From Eledone cirrhosa (lineage: Eukaryota), in NCBI GenBank assembly GCA_964016885.1, contig OZ024740.1, forward strand, positions 343,790,001 to 343,854,000: DNA of 64,000 nt, in the 5' to 3' direction. The position numbers were made by a program, and so were the translations under genes. Below are positions 55,262-64,000 of the stretch, in pieces (within the stretch, counting starts at the first letter, position 1; every line of letters begins with the position of its first letter). The notes under the pieces are model-generated. The model did no database searches, was not told the DNA's origin, and worked only from the letters and a program-made list of their open reading frames with translations.

Positions 55262-55640
55262 TTGCAGTATCGGTAGACTGTCTGAGACCATGCTTTGCAG
55301 CATAGAATTATGACCCTTTACGTTCTGAGTTCAAATCCTGCCGAGGTTAACTTTGCCTTTCATCTTTACGGGTGTCGATAAAATAAAGTACCAGTAACGC
55401 ACTGGGAAAATTACTGACCTTGTGCCAAAAGTAGAAACAGTTATTATTATTATTCCGGCCCTCAGTATCGGTAGAGGGTCGGGCGCCATGCTTAGCAGCA
55501 TAGAGTTACGGCCCTTTACGGTCTGAGTTCAAATCCCGCCGAGGTCAACTTTGCCTTTCATCCTTTCGGGGTCGATAAAGTAAAGCACTAGTAATGCACT
55601 GGAATAATTGCTGGTCTTGTGCCCAAAGTAGAAACAATTA
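55262..55640 (+). mobile_element. Two tandem short-form SINEs
   Basis: CAGTATCGGTAGA heads, GAGTTCAAATCC, core, and (ATT)-rich tails. Confidence 0.88.
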
Positions 55641-56452
55641 TTATTCCTGCCCTTAATAAGGCAGTGGCGGTGCTGGTGTCGGTATGGATGGGGTTGAATA
55701 CTTATTTTTCTGAATGCTTCAGTGGTAGTGGCGGTGGTGGTTTAGATCTCATTGCCACTGTTAATGTTAGTAATTTTAAAAGTTTATTTTTTAAATTTTT
55801 TTTTAGTTGTTGTGGATGATGATTTTCATGGAGTTTGTTTATTGCTACTACTTGTTTTGACCGGGTCAAGGTCATCAACATCAAGTCTAGGATTAGTTTG
55901 ATGTCATTTCTTCCTTTGAAATCGTTAGGGCTGCTATCAATCTTGTCGAGTTAATTTTAAGAGAAAGGGTGGTGATAGTTTTTATGGTACAGTTAAGTTT
56001 GTTCTCTTCGTCGTTTTTAGAAAACGAGCTGCTTACGAAAAATTATTACTTGGAAAATTTGAAGAAGTCTCTTTCATTTGTGATAGAAATTCTTTCCGGT
56101 CATTTAAGCAATTACCATATCCAAACCATAGAACAAAATGTGTAAACGAAATCGACGAAATATTATAATTATTATTAGTCTTATATTTACTGCGCATCAT
56201 GACTGTATTATCGAGCAGGGTATGTGCAGTGTGGTTTTTTGTGTTACTGTTTCTGTTATTTTGAGATTACACTTCGAAATATGTGTGCAGAGCCTAGTAG
56301 GGCTATTTTTTGTAAGCTGTATATATTCGCAACTCTTGGGGTTTTGGTTATGTATTTTGTCTGTATTTTATAAATACTACTACTACGACGACTACGATGA
56401 CCACCACCACCACCTCCACCACCACCACCTCCACCACCACCACTACTACTAA

Positions 56453-56484
<32 letters not shown>

Positions 56485-59042
56485 TAACACCCACTGCCAC
56501 CACCAAATTTCCCTCCTTGTATGCTTGGTTTTTCTTATTATACAACAAAGTATGCTCAGGGCAATTTTAGATATACCATAGGCTGAAGAATGGAATTTCA
56601 AAGATGTGTCTTTTCGTATGAGAAGGAAACAAAACCTTGAGAGAAGTAGTGCAAGCAGAATATTTAGTTGCTACCCTTTTAGTAATAAGAGAGCTATTTG
56701 AGGGGGTCTATGTGAAGAAGATCTAAAACGGCAGTAAAAAGAGAATAAGATAGCAGCAAACAGCAGCAGAACCAGTAAAGATAATAGCTGAAAGCGGAGT
56801 CTGCTATTCCAGTAGCAGCAGAACAGCCACCACCAGCATCATAGGTATAGCTTCAAGGACGGGAAAATAAGCTCATCTTATGCTTACGTCCAGGGGCCCT
56901 CTTATCCGGTCAGAGTCAATAATGACACCCTTTCATTTTGTATCAATGGTCTCCCTAATCAAAATGCGCGAGGAAAACGGAATCGAAAGGGCCCTATTTT
57001 GCGTAGAAATTTGGTAGAGTACCAAAAACTTTTAAGGGATATACTGGAGTTAAAAACACCTCATACAGTATTTTGTTAGATGTAACTGAGCTTTCAGCAG
57101 GACGTGGGAGCCGTTCCAACTCCCAGACACATGAACTGCGTAAAGGATCATTTGGGATGAAATACTCTGAGAAACAGGTGGGCAGTTATTTGTGGTTCTA
57201 TACCCGACTAAGCTAGTGGTCTCTTAAGCATTTGTGGTTGGATTAACATAACTATTAATATATTTTAATATCGTATCATTGAAAAAAATTATGTAAATAT
57301 ATACTATCAAATAAAGGAGTGAAATGAATATGAATGTAATACAAAGAAGGTCAGAAATTCAACATATTCAATTAGTGTTCCGAATTTCTCTCGTTAATGC
57401 TTCAGTTAATCTATTAAGGTAAAGCAATATGTTTCAATGAACAACACTGTATGTTTCATATTTATCGTTTATAGTTATGCAGTGTTACACTAGGAGTTTT
57501 AGTTCTTTTATTGCCATTAAATAACCTGCATTATGAGTGAATATTATTATTGATTAATGAAGCAAATAGCTACGAAAGAAAAGCTGTTTAACTGGGAGGG
57601 TACTCTATGGTATATTTAAAGCGCAGAAGTCTTACTACGAGGCACGCTTGACTGCCTGAACACAAATTCACACAATAACTATGTATGTCAAGGAAACAAA
57701 AGGCAACAAAGGAGAATGTTATGTGGTCGCTCAATCTGCTAGAAACATCATACAAATCTCTATCAAATTACATCTTACTGTGTTAAGAAAAATTATGGAC
57801 AAGTTGGAAAGTGTAGTTCCTAATATATAAAACAATGTGATCATGGTTATATTTGAAACGCCATTGATTATAGTACTGCTCTCTCAGGTCTGACCTAGGA
57901 GTGTTTAACAATAAGAAGAAAACAAACATACTCTACTACCTACTTCACTCTGTAGTCAGAAACATCAACCAGCTAATGGACTAAAATTTTTTACAAATAC
58001 TAATGCATACTATTTCTGAGCAGTCACCAACCCTTTACAAACTGCAATTATGACTTACATTTGGAATACCTTTACCATTTATGTAGAATCTTCCTATCAA
58101 CCACTCCCCAACCAAGATGGTTCTGTATGCAGTATTTCTACATTTGATGCTTAAGTTTTCTACATAATAAACATTCTCGATAAAACTTCTTCAAATCACT
58201 TTTTGTTTTCTCCACCAATCTCATTGCTCCGTATGGCTATATCATTTCCGAAATATTCAACCAATATCTCTTTATATGGATTTTCTCTGAAAAATGTTTT
58301 TTGACTCTAGTAACATCCAGTATATCTATATTATTTTCAACATTTCAAACGTAACGAAAACCATCGTTAACTATTATCTGTTCCAGGACCTAGAGACGAT
58401 TAAGCCGATAACAGCATGTGACTGGTCTGTATTTTATCGATAGCGGAAAGATAAACGGCAAGAATGATCTCACCGGGAAACGAACTCACAGAATGCTCAT
58501 ACGAGAAGCTCAAAGTTACAAAATATCAAATGTTACGAATGATATTTAGTTGTATAATTTGAAATTTCTATCTCATTTGTAGACAAGAAATCAATTTACA
58601 GGAATGTTGACTATTTTATCTGTTAATTAGCGAAACAATAATACAATATCTGGGTGGTCTCAATAAGACAGACAGTGGGAGGGAATATATAATAGGTTTT
58701 TAATGACACATAGCACTCTAACTACATAACAGAACAGGCTTTTCACACACACACACATATACGCAAACCCACAATACACAAACTCACATACAAACCTGAG
58801 TACTCGCGGACATACATATGTAAAACATAATGAAAAAAAAAATAGTAAAGTAGAGATTAAAATAAGAATAACAGATGTTCGTATAAATCTAAAACTTTTA
58901 CTAAGAACGTGTGGTGTCGGTTAACGTGAGAATCTAACGTGTGGTGTGGCAGCCATATTACACCGCAAGTTTATGCCTTTACACACAGAGAAACAAAGAC
59001 ACACACACACACACAAGCACACACACACAGACACACACACAA

Positions 59043-59108
<66 letters not shown>

Positions 59109-59599
59109 TTATATATGTGTGTCAGACCTGGAATACTTTCTCTTATCAGTTATTTTACTGATTTATATTTGCCTATTTTTTTAATCTTTTAAACTTTCTT
59201 TTAAATAGTTATCTTATGTTTTGATTGTAGATATACACTCCTCATTGTAAACCTCTAAAAAGCAGTATGTATCCTTATAAAACGTTTTTCAAATCAAAGT
59301 TGTGATAAAAAAACGTTAGCATTTAAATATATTAAAGTATAATAGTGATTTTATTAAATGGAACTTCTACATACGCTTATAAACAGGCACACAAATACAT
59401 ATACATATTTGATTGTCTGTAACAAATCATTTCGTTTCTCAAGTCGTGTATAGAATAGAGGGATGTAGTATATTTATCGATCATTTTATAGTAAAAATAT
59501 AAGATAGTGTAGAATAAAATATCTGAACAAAATGTAGTTCATTAAACCAAATGTTCATATAGTAAGTTAGACGTCAGATTGGAGTGATAAAAGAAGACC

Positions 59600-60917
59600 G
59601 ATTTAAATGAACAAGAATCTCAATAAAAGATATTAGAGAAGCAAATGGAAGGAATACTCAAGAGAAAGAATTTGTAATAAGCAACATGCCGGAGTTGTGA
59701 GAAGGATTCACCAACAGACGTGGAATCGAGTGCCAACGACACTAGCTCTCCATAGTTATGTTTTTAACCTGGCGGTTCCATACATAACACTAGTTAGTTG
59801 ACCAATATATACCTCAACTATCCCATGTTCACGTACACGTAATGAAAGATCAGTATTGGCAACACATTTGCTAAATCCGCCGTGCCAAATTTCAATACTA
59901 TTACTGCCAAATTATTTTGTATGTGTTCTTGTACATTCCAACATCATATCGGAAATCTTATTAGTCGAGGTCTACTATATCTTACAGGCCCAACACCTAT
60001 ATCATCAAAATCGTCTTTGAAAGCTTCAATTCATCTTTGATCCTCAAATTTCCAACAAGTTCTTCACTTCTTCGTGAATCAGGAACTGGAAGCACAAATG
60101 CAAGCGATTGAAATGACTTTATGAGAAAAGCATGTTTCGGATTTTCTGAATAATGTCTGTATGTTCGATTATTCCGTTACACAGAATAAGAAATTAACCT
60201 AAGATATCTGCTGTACAGAATTTTAAAAGACATTTAATGCAATAATTTCAATGTCAATCGTCACTCTCAGCTGAAATATCAACACTTGATGTTTTGATAA
60301 TTTGAGTGATTTCATTGTGAGTTGCGTCAAATCTATCACGAAGAATAGTATAGAACAAAAGGGCAGCGTGAAAGCTATTTAACAGAGCATGAATGGTATA
60401 TAATAGATAATCAGCTGGAGCAGTATCAAATGTTCCGTCACTGTAAAGGTAAAACCGTTGAGCAAGTAAGTCTAGATTTCCTTTGAATGCAAATATATGA
60501 AATTCATTTTCATAATCCTCTTTCAATACAAATCCTTCCGATATAATTCTTGCACATATCTCGTCTGTAAGATCATCACCTTCAGAAACATCGCGCTTTT
60601 GTTGCATCAGTTATATCAAGCGTTTTGGATTATATTTGATGTCGCTACATCCAAGTTAGCTAGTGTTTACCATTTTCTAGATGTTTTCCCGTTCAATGCC
60701 TGCTGGAGCTTGCGAGTGATTGTGTTTCGGAAGATTTTGTTTTCATGTTCGATAGCAGACTTGTCAGGTATTTGTCACATTGCAAATATATAACATTGAT
60801 AACAGTATTGTGGCTTACGTAGGAAAAGCCACCGAGAGTTAGCTTAGGCCTTCCTTTTCTAGATAACACAAACACCGTCTCAGATATATTAAAAAATAAT
60901 AGATATCGAACAAGCAT
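59600..60917 (-). pseudogene. Decayed Mutator-like (MULE) transposase with N-terminal FLYWCH-like domain
   Basis: FVLSRKGRPKLTLGGFSY...IYLQC (FLYWCH-like) and LYSDGTFDTAPADYLLYTIHA (MULE first-Asp DGTF motif). Broken reading frame. Confidence 0.75.
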
Positions 60918-61733
60918 GAGAAGACCAAGTATTATGTAACCAATATCGCATTGGTTTGTAGTGAAATTTCATTGAAATGGCAAATATTTAAAGATAAAAT
61001 TCAGTCCCTATTACAGGATCGTTTGCAAATCATATTAAAACCTTTCTTGATTGGTTAATCGATTAAATAACATTCATTACTTGGGTTCATATAAGGCGGT
61101 ACACCAGCAAATTATGACGCCGTTCGTAGTTAAAACGGAAGCACGAATTGGATATGGTCTGAGGTACACAAAATGTGAAAAGAAAACATGTTATAGTCAT
61201 GCAAGGAAATATGTTTAGCATATTTATGCGCTATCAGGTGTGACCAGCCGATAATCAATGTCAGAAACAGTGAAAAAATAAAATATTTCAGATATGTTTT
61301 GTAAGTGAAGTTGTGAACTGTATATTTATTTAGTAAACTAACCAAATACTTTACTAGAAAAGGTTTTAATTCCAATATTTGGAGACCATGAAAACGTGTT
61401 TTATCTTTCAAATTATATTTCGCCTTTCTTTACCCCTATATGAACTTCTATTTAGCTTTGTCATGTTACATCTTCCTTCAATACCCAAAATCCAACATTA
61501 AAGTGGTTAACAGATTAAACTGAGCATGGCATGAATAAACGAAATGATTTATTCTAATTACACACGTGCCTTCTCTCTCTCTCTCATTCTCTCTCTCTCT
61601 CTCCCTCTCTCACACACATATACATACACCGAAACGCTTTCTTGTATATAATATGTTATAGACAGAAGGGCAATTATGTGTAACAGAGAAATGTTGCTGG
61701 TAATCGGCCGACATGTATTGGTAGTAATTATGC

Positions 61734-61811
61734 TATCGAACTCAGCAGGATTCGAAAATTATACCATATATATATATATGGTATAATTTTCGAATCCTGC
61801 TGAGTTCGATA
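61734..61811. repeat. Perfect 78-bp palindrome centred on (AT)7
   Basis: TATCGAACTCAGCAGGATTCGAAAATTATACC-(AT)7-GGTATAATTTTCGAATCCTGCTGAGTTCGATA. Confidence 0.95.
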
Positions 61812-62686
61812 TATATATATATATAATAAGGAGTTGACGGACCCAGCATATTTATCAATGCCAGGACCGGTTGTATCTCAGTGTACTCAATAGGTAATGT
61901 AGGATACATTCCCAGAGTATACACATAGTTATTCGCTTCAATACCACACACGCAAAACGGGTGCCTATAGTAGTCCCCGGACTCGAGTTTCGGCCACACT
62001 TAATTCAGCAGTAGGGTGCAACAATGCATAATCGGCGCATGTGGCTTTATCAGCGGGTATCGCCTAATCAATAACCAATCGATCGACAGAATCCAAACAC
62101 CAGCCCATGCCGGCTCTGACTGTTTATGACGGCCGACACAGTAAAGTGATTAGCAACTGGAATCCGATACAATTCCGTCCCTCGACCAGCCACCGATTTA
62201 CAAACTTTATGTGGTGGCGGGAGAATAGAAAACAAATATTTTCGTTCCCGTCAAATACCCTCAGCCAACGTGTCTCAAACACAAATTAATAAGATAGTGA
62301 AAAGATGGTTATTAGAAAGAGCAGTCCCACATCGATGTATAATAGAATGGTAGCATTTGGCTCAGGTCTCCAAGTTCCATGGCTAGAGGAAAGCGATAGT
62401 AACAATGGTAGTGCCAGTATCTATTATAGAGCGATATAGAGTAGCGGGCTGGATTGCGGCAGCCGCGTGCCTAAACCAGTCTATTTCACAACTCAAAAGA
62501 GTGAGAGATAAAATTAATAGCAGGAATTAGAGCACATATCAAAACAAAACACAATAAAAAAAGTGAAAAATTGTTTAACTTGCTATCATTAGTCTGCTAC
62601 TTGGGAGATAATAATAATAATAAGGAGTTATATATAAAATTATAAGTTTGAAGAATAGTTAGTCAAACTTTATCCATATATATAAT

Positions 62687-62862
62687 AATTGTTTCTACTT
62701 TTGGCGCAAGGCCAGCAATTACCCAGTGCATTACTAGTACTTTATTTTATCGACCTCGTAAGGATGAAAGGCAAAGTTAACCTCGGCGGGATTTGAACTC
62801 AGAATGGAAAGGGCCATAACTCTATGCGCCAAAGCATGGCGTCCGACCCTCTACCGATACTG
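62687..62862 (-). mobile_element. SINE, short form
   Basis: Head, core and tail present. Confidence 0.9.
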
Positions 62863-63270
62863 TAATAATATGCTTAAGGAAAGTATATACTTTCAAACGT
62901 TCAATCAACTGACAGGAAGGTACACGGTGCTGATGACAGCTAATAAGCTAGAAACTAGTTCATCGTTCCTTTGTCAGTGTTGAACAAAAGGTCAACGATG
63001 GTTGCCGAACACTGTACGGCTTAATTCGGGCTGTTTGTTTACAAAAAAAACGAACATTATAATAAATGTTCGGTAAACCCATACGTACATATATATATGT
63101 GTGCATGTATGTATATGCATACTACTGTACGTCTGTATACATATATGTATGTACGTATACATACTTATATTTAAGTATCAGCCGTACTAAGAGTGAGAAA
63201 TTAAATTTCATTTTTTTCCATAATAATATATATTTATATGTAAATGTACATGTGTATATATATATATATA

Positions 63271-64000
63271 TCCTTTCTCCACCAACTACATAATCGCCTT
63301 AAACTTTTCCTCACCCCCCTCCTTCCACCCTGCTATCTCCCCTCCGCCCTTCAACTCTCCTACCTTCTCTTCGCCAAAACCCGGCACTCCAGCCACATCC
63401 ATTTCCTCAGTCACTGCCTCCGCCTCCACCTTATCCTCCTCGGCTTCCGTCTACACTTCCACCCTTCCCCCGCCGCTTCCCCCTCCACGCAACGTATCCT
63501 CACCCGATCCTCACGCCTCCTGATGCGCAACTCCATCCGCGCCTCCCGTTCCACCCTCCGCCAACTTGACTACCAACTGACCCCCACCCTCCTCCGCCTT
63601 AACTCCACCTGCCACCCCCTCCTCGCCCAAGCCATCCTCTCCTTCATCCAAAACCTCAACCACAACCTCTTCTCGTTCCTCAGCTCCACCAAAGCCCGCA
63701 AGCTAACCCCCCCCCCCATCCACCACCCCCATACGCCCACCACTCTCCACCTCTCTCTCGACCCACACCCCTACCCATTCTCCACCCTCCACCTCACCCC
63801 TCACCACACCCTCCCTTCCCCCCAAACACCCAAACCCCACCCCTTGTTGTCACCATACCCCCTGACCTCCCCCTCTCCGCACCTGAGCGCTCACTTCTTA
63901 GTAGAGGCCTTCGCTTCATACCCCACACTCCGCACAGCGACGAGTTCCGCACCCGAACGGAAGTCGAGCGATTCGTGCGACGCACTAAGCTACAGGCACA
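63271..64000 (+). mobile_element. N-terminal coding part of a Penelope-like (Neptune-type) element, running off the window
   Basis: Hand translation gives HIHFLSHCLRLHLILLGFRL in the frame of 63301. From 63843 in another frame: VVTIPPDLPLSAPERSLLSRGLRFIP...ERFVRRTKL, the LSxxExxLLSxGLxFxP...FxRR motif of PLE RTs. Starts right after (TA)n. Confidence 0.7.

Overview
Eukaryotic, AT-rich, repeat-dominated DNA, probably from an octopod cephalopod (inferred from the tRNA-derived SINE and the microsatellite load). I found no host protein-coding gene. Nearly all ORFs in the track are artefacts of (TA)n, (CA)n, (AAT)n, (TTC)n or (ATCT)n repeats. Real content: (1) an intact ~5.8 kb L1/Tx1-clade LINE (gag-like ORF1 plus APE-RT ORF2) sitting inside an (ATT)n microsatellite; (2) two truncated copies of a sister family, each bounded by (ATCT)n; (3) a frameshifted Naiad-type Penelope-like element (PLE) and the start of a second PLE; (4) several short non-coding elements carrying type I hammerhead ribozyme (HHR) motifs, mostly next to (TA)n, one with a compensatory base change between copies; (5) about 20 copies of one tRNA/Nin(Deu)-domain-like SINE, some with 13-bp target-site duplications (TSDs); (6) decayed RTE, R4-like, CRE-like, CR1/Jockey-like, MULE and possible Helitron fragments; (7) several fold-back palindromes around (TA)n. 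All alignments and folds were done by eye.
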